Shown here one piece after another: positions 12,590-24,815 of a stretch of DNA of 64,000 nt. The position numbers were made by a program, and so were the translations under genes. Position 1 is the first letter of the stretch. The number at the start of each line of letters is the position of its first letter. The DNA comes from Haliotis rubra. Taxonomy: Eukaryota. The stretch spans positions 620,001 through 684,000 of the forward strand of contig NW_025765803.1 in assembly GCF_003918875.1 (NCBI RefSeq). Reading direction: 5' to 3'. A model generated the notes under the pieces. That model saw nothing but the letters and a program-made list of their open reading frames with translations, was not told the origin of the DNA and made no database searches.

Positions 12590-15500
12590 TGTTATTCACG
12601 AAACAATAAACCAATCGAGGATTGGTATTCCCACTTCAAGGAATTGTTTTCACCCTCTACAGGGAATGAGGAGAGTTTTTGTGCTACCTATAAATTGAAT
12701 GAATTCGATAAGTCGTTTTGCCAGTTAACCTCAGAGATTCTTGATTCACCTATAACAAAAAATGAAATTTCAGAAAGTATTGCAAATTTAAAATGTAATA
12801 AATCTGCCGGTGAAGATAACTTGATTCCTGATTCTTTAAATATTCATCCGACATTATCCTCCCCTGCCTTGAAATCCTCTTTAATGTTATTCTTGAAAAT
12901 TCTTTCTTTCCCGAACAGTGGGCTTTGGGGATTGTGATTCCCTTGCACAAACAGGGATCAACTAATGACACCAACAATTACAGGGGTATAACTCTTTTGA
13001 GTGTTTTCAGTAAGATTTTTACCAGTATTATACATAGACGTTTAGTATTTTGGGCCGATGCCTTTGATAAGATAGATGAAGCACGAGTCGGTTTCAGGCA
13101 CGGGTACTCTACAACTGATAATGTCTTTATTTTGCAGACACTTGTGCAGAAATATTAGCCCGAAAGGGGGAAAAAATGTATGCCATATTTGTAGATTTTG
13201 CTAAAGCGTTTGACTCCGTTAAGAGAAGCATCCTGTGGTCCCATTGTAAGTCTCAAGGTATCAGTACTAAAATTGGTAAATTATTAAACTGCATTTACCA
13301 CAACGTGAAGGCTTGTGTTCGAAACAATAACAACCTATCTGATTTCTTCTGCTGTAACATTGGGGCAAGACAAGGATGCATTTCTAAGTCCTTTTCTGTT
13401 TTCGTTCTTCATCAACGAACCATCGCTACAAATATATGAAAACTGTAACAAGGGCATCCAATTACCTCCAGAAACTATGAAACTTTTTCTGCTTCTTTTT
13501 GCTGATGATATTGTATGTTCGCGAGCACAGTACCTAGACTTCAAAAGCTAATAAATCAACTTGAGTACTACTGTAAACAATGGAAACTGAATGCCAATAT
13601 CGATAAGACAAAGGTCATAGTTTTCAAAAATGGAGGGAAATTATCAAGACGTGAAAAATGGTTTTATAAAGGTAAAAGATTGGAGGTCGTAAGAAGTTAC
13701 AAATACTTGGGTGTACTTTTTACAAATCGAGTATCTTGGTCATTGCACTGCAACAAAGCCGCACTACAGGCTAAAAAAAATTAATAGGCATTTTAAGAAC
13801 CATAACGCCGCTTCCAAATATTAGCTTTGACACCTTTTTCAAAACCTTTGACACTAAGATTAGTCCTATTCTACTCTATGGTGCAGAAGTATAGGGGCCA
13901 AGAAATCTATGACATACTAGAGAAGGTACATCTATATGCGTGCAAAAGATTTTTAGGAGTAAACTCCAACACCCCAAATGTTACAGTTTATGAGGAATGT
14001 GGGAGATACCTTATGTATATATTTAGTTACATAAAAGTAATAAAATATTGGATAAGATTGTATAAAATCCCAAGCACCAGATTCCCCCAAAAATGTTACA
14101 ACATGATGATGCTTTACGATGATAGAGGTAAAAATAACTGGACCTCTGGTGTCAGAAAGATACTTCAGTCTTACGGCTATGATTACATCTGGACAGAACA
14201 AAATATAACAGCACCAGAGCATTTTATATATGATTTAACACAAAGGCTGAAAGATGTGTCATTTCAAAAGTGGCACTTTTCACTATGTTTACACAATAAG
14301 TTAAACCATTACTCCTGTTTTAAATCATTCATGCTTATAGAAAAATATCTTCTAGACAATAATGTTAAGAACTTCAGTACAGCACTAGCCAGTTTCAGAT
14401 ATATAGTTTGGCATGATATGCATGTGGACCCGTTTTTTTGTAAATATCTCTTCATCCAATGACCCAATCGATCTCAAACTGTGCAAGTGGATGTTTTTTC
14501 AGACAACCTAATCACATTGTAAATCACCGATTTTATGCATTTGTATTAAAGAATCTGTCTATGTAACTGTCAACAAAATCAACAGCAGAACGCAGAATGC
14601 TTGCAGAGGGAGGGAGCCAATGACCTGTAACAGCGGCAGTGTTGGGTCATAAAGGTCAATGCACGTGCAGTTCATGATAGTTACCTGTGCACTGCACAGT
14701 GAAAGACCGTTTGGATCATTCACATTGACTACTTCTATCTGTCATCATGAAAGCTTATTCAGATGATGCTAAACGTTTAATTAGAAATGTGTTGAATTTT
14801 GTTAAAAAAATAGAGCAAACGTAGCAAACCGATTTATAAGGTGTCGTATAACATGAGACGTACAAATTTTGCTCTTGGCATGAAATAGAACATCGTGCTA
14901 ACAATTGTGAAAAATAAACCAACAACCAATCAACAAAACCTTGTACAAAAAGGTAGGCATCCAAAATTAGATACTTTTGACATCAGGGCCATCAGAGATG
15001 TCGCGGGCTATTTGCTAGAAATGAACACCTCTTCATACCTGTCACGTGCATAGCTGACCTATATTGACGAACGTTGACCTTTATGACCCAACACTGCCGC
15101 TGTTACAGGTCATTTGCTCCCTCCCTCTGCAAGCATTCTGCGTTCTGCTGTTGATTTTGTTCACAGTTACATAGACAGATTCTTTAATACAAATGCATAA
15201 AATCGGTGATTTACAATGTGATTAGGTTGTCTGACGAAACATCCACTTGCACAGTTTGAGATCGATTGGGTCATTGGATGAAGAGATATTTACAAAAAAA
15301 CGGGTCCACATGCATTTCATGCCAAACTATAGTTCCCATGATCTTCTCCATGAAAAAAGTAGGCATTCAGGGATACCACGGGAAAAACGATTGTGTAAAC
15401 ATTGTACTTATCAGGAGGTAGAAGATGAATATCATTTCTTGCTTGTTTGTCCATTGTATGCAAATATCAGAAAAGAATACATAAAGAAATATTTCTACTT

Positions 15501-15718
15501 GAACTCCCGAATAGACAAATTCTATACCCCCATGGCATCCAAAAATCAAACAGCCACAAAATACCTTGCAATGTATATACACCATGCCATAAATATGAGA
15601 TCCTCTGCATTACAGATCTGGTATTATTTACGATATATTCATATATATTGCACCCTCTGCAACTGTATGTAAAATGTACTATATGCCTATGGCCTCTTCA
15701 GTACTGTAAATAAAGATT
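12590..15718 (+). mobile_element. LINE (RTE-X/CR1-like) 3' half with RT and C-terminal zinc knuckle, degenerate, interrupted by a foldback element
   Basis: Same RT motifs as 6590-8101, continuing to CKHC..EDEYHFLLVCPLY (15247-15672 frame) and a 3' AATAAAGATT tail. Multiple frameshifts. Confidence 0.9.
14404..15329. mobile_element. Non-autonomous foldback DNA transposon with about 255-bp TIRs and TA TSD (Tc1/mariner-type target)
   Basis: TAGTTTGGCATG..AAAGGTCAA (14404-14660) is the reverse complement of about 15072-15329. Removing it plus one TA restores the LINE reading frame FRYSSH. Confidence 0.88.
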
Positions 15719-16908
15719 GCTTGGAGATATGCTCATGAGCCTCAACGTAAGACGCCATCAGTGAAACCTACTGTCTGATGGATCGATATATCAAAATGTG
15801 ACAATATTCAGTTTCAGATTGTATTAAATATCTTGCTCCATAACATGTACATGCGTGCAATCAACGAAATAAAATGATAATAAAATGTTTACAAGGCATA
15901 AAGTACACTTTCACTAGACTTAACACCGTTCAGATTAATGTGTATTTGTTAAAAGCCTTGACATGAACTCGGGGCATGTTCTTTCATTTCCCGAACACCC
16001 CGTGTTCGGATTCTAACATTAACACATGTCTCCCCTTTACCATTATTACATTTACTCAGACCCGGATTCGGGCTCATGACGTCTGTATTGAGAAACGCAG
16101 GTGTTGTCTGAACCACACGAGAATGAAACATGGACAATACCTGCATGTGCTGAAGGATCAATGTGTTTTAGTGCCCAGTAAACATGTCCTTTTTATATAC
16201 ATCACCATCGACAATACCACAAGATGCAGTTGTCGTACCTCCAGCAAGTACGTGCTTAAGTCAGCATAACACACTTCATTATATTAAGAAGCATTGGCTT
16301 GCTTCATTAACTACATAGGATATCGATTACCTTTCGTTAAATTTTGTTTTCTTTTGTCCCCAGAGCGAAAAGATGGTTATCTGATTACTGAAGTTGCATG
16401 ACCTTTATAGCAGTAATGCCCGTGAAGATCCGGGTTAGAATTGGTCTTCACTAACTCATGTTTGTCGTAAGAGGCGACTAACGGGATCGGGTGGTCAGGT
16501 TTGCTGACTTGGTTGACACATGTCATTGTATCCCAATTGCTCAGATTGATGCTCATGCTGTTGACCACTGGTCAAAAATTCTATTATTTACAAATTGTAC
16601 TTTTAATTGCAATATCGCTGTGTACGGCGTTCAACAATAAACAAACAACCAAACCTTAAAACAATATTTTACTTACTTGTATTTATCACACAAATGTGAG
16701 TCAGTTCATTGTCGGTGAAAACCCTGAGTTTCATTTAAAAAATTCAAAACGGTATTTACAAGAAACAAATAATTATTTATTCAGAACAATTACATTAAAA
16801 TGACCTGATGAAAATGTAATTTAGTGTAAGTTTAAAAATCGTTTTGCTGATTGTGTTCGGTGAACACATTTGTTACTGATTTGACTTATTTCTGACTCTT
16901 CCTAGATC

Positions 16909-19900
16909 ATGATCGGCTCGATTGTAGCTGTTTTGTTGCTCATGGCCTCAAGCGTGGAGGTTATTAGCGCAGCGACATGCGCATGTGGAAAGGTTACGGT
17001 TCACATCCGGTCAGGACCCGGAACTACCCATGGCACGATAGGGAACATCTACCCCGGGTTCTGTTACCAGTTTAAGGGAGATGAGAGCAAAGCCAGTGGT
17101 TATGAGTGGGCACACATTGACTATGATGGGAAGGTAAGCGCACAGAGACCGTTAATCTGTCTCACAGTCCCTGAATCACATTACCCCACTTCCGCCCACC
17201 CCTTTCTGCAATGCTTAAGTCCTAAATGAAGTCTAGATTTCCTCATTGCTAGGCAACTTACTGGGGGTCCTTTTTAATTTTTATAGGAAGTATTTGTTTC
17301 AACCAAACTTTTATACATAGACCACGAGTCCTTCCCTGAAGATATTTGGCCACCAATACACTATTTAATACCGTGATGGCCGACTGAAAGCAGGGTCCGT
17401 TGGAAGATTACGACCTATGGGTCTGACATGCCGAATGTCTGTTTTCGTTCCCCGTTGTTGTTTTCTGTGCCAGAACTCACTCATCCCTGGCGTTACGCTG
17501 CTTTTAGCAATATTTCAGCAATATCATGGCAGTGGATGTGCAGAGAAAGGAGAGAAAGATACAGAAAGATGGGAGGTATAAATAGGCGAAGAGGTCATGT
17601 GCTGGGGGTCTTTTGTGCTGGTTTGGTTGTTGGTTNNNNNNNNNNNNNNNNNNNNNNNNNNNNNNNNNNNNNNNNNNNNNNNNNNNNNNNNNNNNNNNNN
17701 NNNNNNNNNNNNNNNNNNNNNNNNNNNNNNNNNNNNNNNNNNNNNNNNNNNNNNNNNNNNNNNNNGAGACAGCAGCGGCAGCATATAATTATTTAGCTTA
17801 GCAATATTACAGCAATATGTCAGAATATTGATTGGCGACACTGGAATGGGCTTTAGACGTTGTTCTCATGTGGGAAATCTAACCCGGGTCTCCAGATGAA
17901 CGTTCGAACGTTTTAACCACTACACCACCGTCCCTGGCGTCGAGAAGAAGCTGCCGTGGCATAATATTACACGTCTTTACAATGCTAGGGGTGACCGTCT
18001 CTTGAAAGTCATATTAATGTCATATTAAATACTTACCTTTGAAACACATACGATTCGACTTATATTTACCATAAAAGGATGTACATGAACAATGGCAACA
18101 TTAACTCTGAAGCTGACTGTAGGCCATCTGTATTCATTATGACGGTGGTCATTTCACATTTATATGTGTGTATTAAGGAATGGTCATCTGTAAAGTAAAT
18201 GTAAAGTTGACTTTTTGTTGCAGGACGGGTGGGTTGCGGAGAACTACGTGGACTTGAAGACGTGTCCGTCGTCAGTGACGTCACACCCAAACAGCGGAAC
18301 ACACACTGGAACACACACGGGTAAGAGAAGACAAAGACACTTATCCTTTGTCTGTTTCATAATCGAGTCTGGACCAGACAATCCTGTGATCAACAGCATG
18401 AGCATCGATCTACACAGTTGAGATACGATGACATGTGTCAACCAAGTCAGCGAACCTGACCACCCGATCCCGTTAGTCGCCTCTTACCACAAGCATGGGT
18501 TACTAAAGACCGATTCTAACTCGGCTATACTGATCCAGCCATGGAGAAACGTCAAATCGACCAAGAAGATAATTTCGAGGATAATGTGACGACACCGTGA
18601 TGCTCACTTGTTGCAGGCAGCAGTACCCACGCCGGCTGTCCTCGAATCATCTCCAAGTCTGAATGGGGAGCCCGGACGCCCAAGGCCGGCCAACTACATC
18701 TCCACGGCGCTGTGAAATACGCCTTCATCCACCACGGCGCTAGTGCTGCCTGTCACACCGAGGCGTCATGTGCTGCCATGGCGAGGGCCTATCAGAGAGA
18801 CCATATGGACTCACGTGGTAGGTCATGTGACGTTATATGAATATTCATTTGGTAACTAAAATCTCAGTAAACTGAAACAGGGGTTATTCCATACTCCGGC
18901 GCAGTGATGACTTAGCATGGAACTCTGGGTGGGAGAGTGGGGTTATTCTAGTTTAACATTTGGCAATGGTTATCCATGACGAAGGATGATGAATGGAAGA
19001 GTAATTAGGGCAGTAGTGGCTGAATCATCCTCGATAATCTCCAGGGTATCCGTTACGATCTCTCTCCACTATACCCTGGATGCATCCACGGCTTGGGGCG
19101 ATGATTTTATTACCTCCCTTGGGTTGGCTGGCTTTTTATCCAATCAGGTGCCTACGCCGGGAAGTTGAGCGTACCAATCACAACTCACTTTCGCTTCTTA
19201 AATTATCTAACCGTTTAAATTGATGCAGAGGTCATCTGAAAGAAGTAGAAGGAGTTCTGTCATATATTTTTTTAAAGTTTCAGATCTGTGAATTTGTCCT
19301 TATTATTTCCCAAACACTCTGAGTGGCACTGGGAACAAACCTTCGCGACTGCGACCGCTATGCTTGTTGAAACTGGCAAGCTCGGTTGTAACGGCGGCTT
19401 AGCTGACTGGCTACTGTGAGAATGCGGAGCCAGCCAAGGGAGGTAATAAAATCATCGCCCCAAGCCGTGGATGCATCCAGGGTATAGTGGAGAGTTATCG
19501 TAACGTATGCCCTAGAGATTATCGAGGATTTGGCTGAATACGCTCAGTACGAATGTGGCTCGTTGGCTAAACATATGTGACCGAGGGAGCTATGAGAGAG
19601 CGAGTGAGTTAACATTTACAGTCACACGAGGAACTATAAGACCTGAACGGCACTGATATTACTTGAGTGGATAGAGACCATATATCATTATATTCTATGC
19701 ATATCTGGCAGTGTCCACACGCTGGTACTGGAGGAACAAACAACAACAACAAACAACAATGACAAACAACAACAATTCATATTACGCTTAATCCACATGT
19801 CCCTACCACGATTCTTACTATCAAGGTGTAAACATGATTTAGTTCCGAGTAGTAAATGTTCCGGTTCGGAATAAATGCCGTGAAATTGAGAATGGATGAC

Positions 19901-22559
19901 ACGAATAAAAATTCCGCACATACGGCAAATATTCCATCGAACAGGAACAAATACCGTAGGCCTAACCTATTCCAGTCATCATTGAATGCAAAATGGACTC
20001 ATCCAACTTCCGGGATGTCTACTAACTACAACTTGGTTACATGTTGACTGTAACCTGGCTAATGACTAACTGTAACTTGGTTACATGCTGACTGTAACCT
20101 GGCTACTGACTAACTGTAACTTGGTTACATGTTGACTGTAACCTGGCTACTGACTGTAACTTGGTTACATGTTGACTGTAATCTGGCTACTGACTGACTG
20201 TTAATTGGTTACATGTTGACTGTAACCTGGCTACTGACTGACTGTTAATTAGTTACATGTTGACTGTTACCTGGCTACTGACTGACTGTTAATTGGTCAC
20301 ATGTTGACTGTAACCTGGCTACTGACTGACTGTTAATTGGTTACATGTTGACTGTAACCTGGCTACTGACTAACTTGGTAACATGTTGACTGTAACCTGG
20401 CTACTGACTGACTGTAACTTGGTTACATGTTGACTGTAACCTGGCTACTGACTAACTCTAACTTGGTTACATATTGAATGTAACCTGGCCACTGACCAAC
20501 TGTAACTTGTCACATAAGGACTGTAACCTGGCTACTGACTGACTGTAACTTGGTTACATGTTGACTGTAACCTGGCTACTGACTGTAACCTGATTAATGA
20601 AGGTAACTTGGTTACATAATAACTGAACTCTTTTTAACACAAGATTCATTTAGAATCATCAGTTCGCATTCTGGGGAATCAACAATGTATTTTCATAAAA
20701 AAAATAAATTAAGTAACTTTCACACATGATAATTGCTTCTTGATAGCCACATGATTTGTGACCCGTGAAGATCCGGGGTAGAATAGGTCTTCAGCAACCC
20801 ATGTGCTTGCCATAAAAAGGCGACTATCTTGTCGTAAGAGGCGACTAACGGGATCGGGTGGTCAGTTTCGCTGACTTGGTTGACACATGTCATCGGTTCC
20901 CAATTGCGCAGATCGATGCTAATGCTGTTGATCACTGGATTGTCTGGTCCAGACTCGATTATTTACAGACCGCCGCCATATAGCTGGAATATTGCTGAGT
21001 GCGGCGTAAAACTAAACTCACTCACTCACTCACATGATTTGTTCCATATGGAACAAATACCGTAGGACAATCTTTTTTTCCTTTCCGTTATCCCCACGCC
21101 CCAATTTTTAAGACCACCCCAACAAACAAAACCCTCTTTTAGACACTTTATGATGTGTGTGGAAGTTCCTCTTTACCCGGAATAAATTCTGTGTGTGCGG
21201 AACGAAATAATTGTTCCGCTTGCACTATTACAGGAAAAAATGTTGGAATGAAAAGTTCCGCTGGAACTTTTACAATGGGGGAACCAAATCTTTTTTACAC
21301 AGGGACCGCCTCCGTGGTGTAGTGGTTAGAGCGTCCGCCCGGAGATCGGAAGGTCGAGGGTTCGATCCCCGACCGCGTCATACCAAAAGCGTTAAAACAT
21401 AGTACTTGTTGGTCCCTGCCTTGTTCTCGGCATTAATGGGTACAACAAGGACTGGTCGGCTCGGAGTCAGTATAATGTGTCTTAGTAGGGTATTCATACT
21501 TCACTGCGGCATGGTATCTCAGTGGGCTAGCATTAAAAACCAGCACATACACATACACACGCATGCAAGTAGTCATATTAGCGAAAAATTCTCAAGCACG
21601 ACGTTTAACCAATATCACCTCACCTCACCTTACTATCAACGTATCAGTGCACATGGAATTCGTATTTTCAGCTCACCCTTGAAGTATACATCCCATTGCA
21701 GAGCCGTCAGACTCGAGACGGCTCTGCAACCACGTTAATACCTAATCCTAACGGCTGATCATTGCCAGGGTGTGTCTGCTGAACGCCATTATATATCTAT
21801 CAAAAGTTGTTATCAAACTGATTCTCACTCCCAATCTAACATATCCGAGTACCTACTGTGTTCCTTGAACATGTTCAGGTTTCAACGACGTTGGGTACAG
21901 CTTCCTGATCGGCGAGGACGGCAACGCCTACGAGGGACGTGGTTGGGATATCGTCGGCGCTCACACAAAGGGCTATAACTCTGTCGGACTTGGTAAGTCT
22001 AACATTCAGCTAAAAGGTGGGATGTGTATTGTAAAGCAGTTGCTCGCTCTAAAGAAGGAACTTGACGATCCTGCAACCCGTTTTTAAACTTAAGTGCTTA
22101 AACACACAAATACTAAATTCACTCACTCTCTCACATGTTAGAATCGACTTCGGGGTTGTTTCGGTGTATAGCCTAATCACAGTACGTAACGTAAACGCAA
22201 AACATCGGTGTATAGCCTAATCACAGTACGTAACGTAAACGCAAAACATCGGTGTATTGCCTTATCACAGTACGTAACGTAAACGCAAAACATACTGAAG
22301 TCAGTTCTTAAGTATAAAGGTTTGCTTGGATGTATTGAAGTATGATGACATTCAACTAGGGTTCTGTATGATGGGCAACTATATGGAACGCCTCCCCAAC
22401 TCCAAGGCCCTGGACACGGTCCAGATGTTGATAGCCTGTGGGGTGGCTAAAGGCAAGATCCAGACCAACTATATTCTCAGGGGGCACCGTGATGTTGGTG
22501 TCACCGCCTGTCCAGGGACCAAACTGTATGCCCTCATCAAGACGTGGCCTCATTACTAG
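16909..22559 (+). CDS. PGRP: Secreted SH3b-domain peptidoglycan recognition protein (N-acetylmuramoyl-L-alanine amidase type), copy 3, 278 aa
   Basis: Exons 16909-17133, 18224-18320, 18617-18817, 21879-21992, 22360-22559 (837 nt, phases 0,1,1,1, all GT-AG). Signal peptide [17 protein letters not shown]3b motif [20 protein letters not shown] motifs [43 protein letters not shown] with Zn ligands His/Tyr/His/Cys retained. Confidence 0.92.
17636..17765. other. Assembly gap (130 N) in intron 1 of PGRP3
   Basis: Run of n. Confidence 0.99.
19026..19530. mobile_element. Mutator-like MITE with about 95-bp TIRs and 9-bp TSD
   Basis: ATCCTCGATAATCTC..ATTACCTCCCTT is inverted at about 19436-19529. TGGCTGAAT is duplicated at 19017-19025 and 19531-19539. 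Confidence 0.85.
20025..20620. repeat. About 44-bp minisatellite with internal hairpin TGTAAC-TTG-GTTACA
   Basis: GACTGTAACTTGGTTACATGTTGACTGTAACCTGGCTACTGACT units. Confidence 0.9.
20760..21030 (+). mobile_element. Full-length SINE-like element, family 1 (non-tRNA structured head, (CACT)n tail)
   Basis: 12-bp TSD CACATGATTTGT (20748-20759 / 21031-21042). Other copies at about 1-175, 296-396, 5308-5357, 16418-16652, 18355-18525(-), 23075-23245(-), 32355-32580(-), 46905-47145, 47604-47735(-), 57205-57417(-), 58930-59128. Confidence 0.9.
21303..21630 (+). mobile_element. tRNA-derived SINE, family 3
   Basis: GTGGTGTAGTGGTTAGAGCG (box A), GGTTCGATCCCC (box B), central ACTGGTCGGCTCGGAGTCAGTATAATGTGT and a (CACCT)n tail. 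Second copy at 24492-24815. Confidence 0.85.
22162..22293. repeat. 3 x 44-bp tandem repeat in intron 4 of PGRP3
   Basis: CGGTGTATAGCCTAATCACAGTACGTAACGTAAACGCAAAACAT x3. Confidence 0.9.
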
Positions 22560-22649
22560 AATGGAGACACGGGTGGTTTGAATAGATTCAGGAACAGCAC
22601 ATTGTGCCGGATGGTGACACATTGCAGCGTCTGTTATTATTTACAATGA

Positions 22650-22920
22650 GTGAGTGAGTGAGTTGAGCTTTACGTCGCACGCAGCAATATTCCAGCTAAT
22701 GGCGGCGGTCTGTAAATAATCGAGTATGGACCAGACAATTCATTGATCAACAGTATGAGCATCGATCTGCGCAACTGGGAACCGATGACATGTGTCAACA
22801 AAGTCAACGAGCCTGACCACCCGATCCCGTTAGTCGCCTCTTACGACAAGCCTTTACGTCGCCTTTTGTGGCAAGCATGGGTTGCTGAAGACCTATTCTA
22901 CCCCGGTTCTTCACGGGTTC
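22650..22920 (-). mobile_element. Full-length family-1 SINE-like copy, antisense just downstream of the PGRP copy 3 stop
   Basis: Reverse complement of 20760-21030. TSD TTTACAATGA at 22640-22649 and 22921-22930. Confidence 0.88.
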
Positions 22921-23269
22921 TTTACAATGAATAAGTGATTTCATCAATCGTATAAATAATACCTCTCTCTATTTATATGTCTGCATGTGTACTTGCGTGT
23001 GCGCAAGAATAAGGGTATTTTGTAAGTGCACGCGTAAAGTGTTTAATTGCGTGGGTTCCTGTGGTGAAGCATGGCAGTTTTACGCCACACTCAGTATTCC
23101 AGCTATATGGCGGGGATCTGCACATAATCGAGTCTGGACCAGACAATCCAGTGATTAACTGCATGAGCATCGATCTACGCAATTGGGATACGATGACATG
23201 TGTCAACCAAGTCGCCTCGCCGTTAGTCGCCTCTGACGACAAGCATTGTAACAGAAGATAAATCTTCAA

Positions 23270-23630
23270 GGATGTTTACAACACGGGTTAACGTTTACAA
23301 CACAGATTGACGTTTACAACATGGATTGACGTTTATAACACAGATTGACGTTTACAACATCGATCGATGTTTACGACATTGACGGATGTTTACAATACGG
23401 ATTGACGTTTACAAGACGGATGGACGTTTATAACACGGATGGACGTTTATAACACGGATGGACGTTTATAACACGGATGGACGTTTATAACACGGATGGA
23501 CGTTTAAGATGTAGATTGACGTGTATATCACAGATTGCAGTTTACAACATTGGCGGATGTTTACCGCCTGGATTGGCGGATGTTTACGACACTGACGCAT
23601 GTTTACGACACAGATGGATGTTTACGACAT
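23270..23630. repeat. 19-bp minisatellite
   Basis: GACGTTTATAACACGGATG units. Confidence 0.85.
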
Positions 23631-24491
23631 GTATGTAACCTGCGAAATGATTTCGACATGTCAAGGATCAATACAGGGTAAATCTCGAACCCTATTCCTG
23701 TGGATCGTTCTGCCGTTCTTGGTAACCTGCACCTTCACGGGATGTCAACACCAATGATTTCTTGCTGTAAATGAGTGCTGGTTCCAGTGACAATTGACTC
23801 CACATTGCATGACGTAAACTGTCGTATTCCATAAAATGAGTGAGTGATTGAGAGTATGGTTTACGGCGCTACTAGCAATACTCCAGCAGCATCATGGGGA
23901 ACACCAGAAATGGGCTTCACACATGATTGTATCCATCTGGGCAATCGAACCCGGGTCTTCGGTGTGACGAGCGGACGCTTTAACCACTAGGCTACCCCAC
24001 TGCCCCTTCATAAAATATAAGCTCTTACTGTAATGATTATTACTTGTGCGGTACTTGTATGGGTATTCTGGGAAATAAACGCTTGGAGGGACACGCGTGT
24101 GTTCCTGTTGTTTTTTAAAAGTGTTGGCAGTAACGGCTAACGTGACAATTTTACACCGACAGTACAACACAGACAAAAGATGAGCGCAACTCCCTGTGGT
24201 ACAGTGATCGAGTAATAATTAGCACCATCCAGCACGGTAACTTCCATCATGACAATACATGAAACACCTGATGAATCAATATGAAACTTAGTGAGATTAG
24301 TTTCACGCCAGCATGTTAGTTTTACCACGTGGTTTCAGCGATAAACAGTATGTAATGACGCGTGTTATATGTTTACCACACTTACAAATCCAACATGGTG
24401 CTGACTTGACATGGTCGTAACCAGGAAATCTCCGATCCGGAACCAAGGTCTCTGGAATCTTCTACTGTACTGATCTACACTGGCAAGTGAC

Positions 24492-24815
24492 AGACCGTCT
24501 CCGTGGTGTAGTGGTTAGAGCGTCATACCAAAAGACGTTAAAATATGGTACTTGTTGGTCCCTGCCTGGCGTTCGTCATTAATGGGTACAACAAGGACTG
24601 GTCGGCTCGGAGTCAGTATAATGTGTCTGAGTGAGGTATTCATGCCTCACTGCAGCGTGGTATGTATCTCAGTGGGCTAGCACTATAAAACCAGCTTAAG
24701 TCTGGGCTAGTACATGCAGCCGCACATACACATACACACGCATGCACGTCGTCATATGAGCGAAATATTCTCAAGCACAACGTAAAACCCAATTTCACCT
24801 CACCCCACCTCACAT
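24492..24815 (+). mobile_element. Family-3 SINE copy lacking box B
   Basis: Collinear with 21303-21630 but deleted between two GCGTC direct repeats. Flanked by AGTGACA on both sides. Confidence 0.8.

Larger units (their letters stand above)
1469..14110 (+). repeat. Tandem segmental duplication (about 1469-8101 and 8373-14110)
   Basis: Near-identical introns, exons 2-5, 3' flank and LINE fragment, with copy-specific indels. About 270 bp of unrelated filler (8102-8372) lies at the junction. Confidence 0.93.
19826..21300. mobile_element. Degenerate TIR element carrying an internal 44-bp satellite and a SINE-like insertion
   Basis: GTGTAAACATGATTTAGTTCC..GTAAATGTTCC matches the reverse complement of GGAACTTTTAC..GGAACCAAATCTTTTTTACAC. 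The internal motif GGAACAAATACCGTAGG occurs twice. Confidence 0.5.

Noticed and set aside
20760-20885. HDV-like ribozyme assignment for the family-1 head
   Set aside because: I could not place P3/L3/P1.1 and the catalytic C in the required order. It is kept only as an unclassified structured-RNA candidate.
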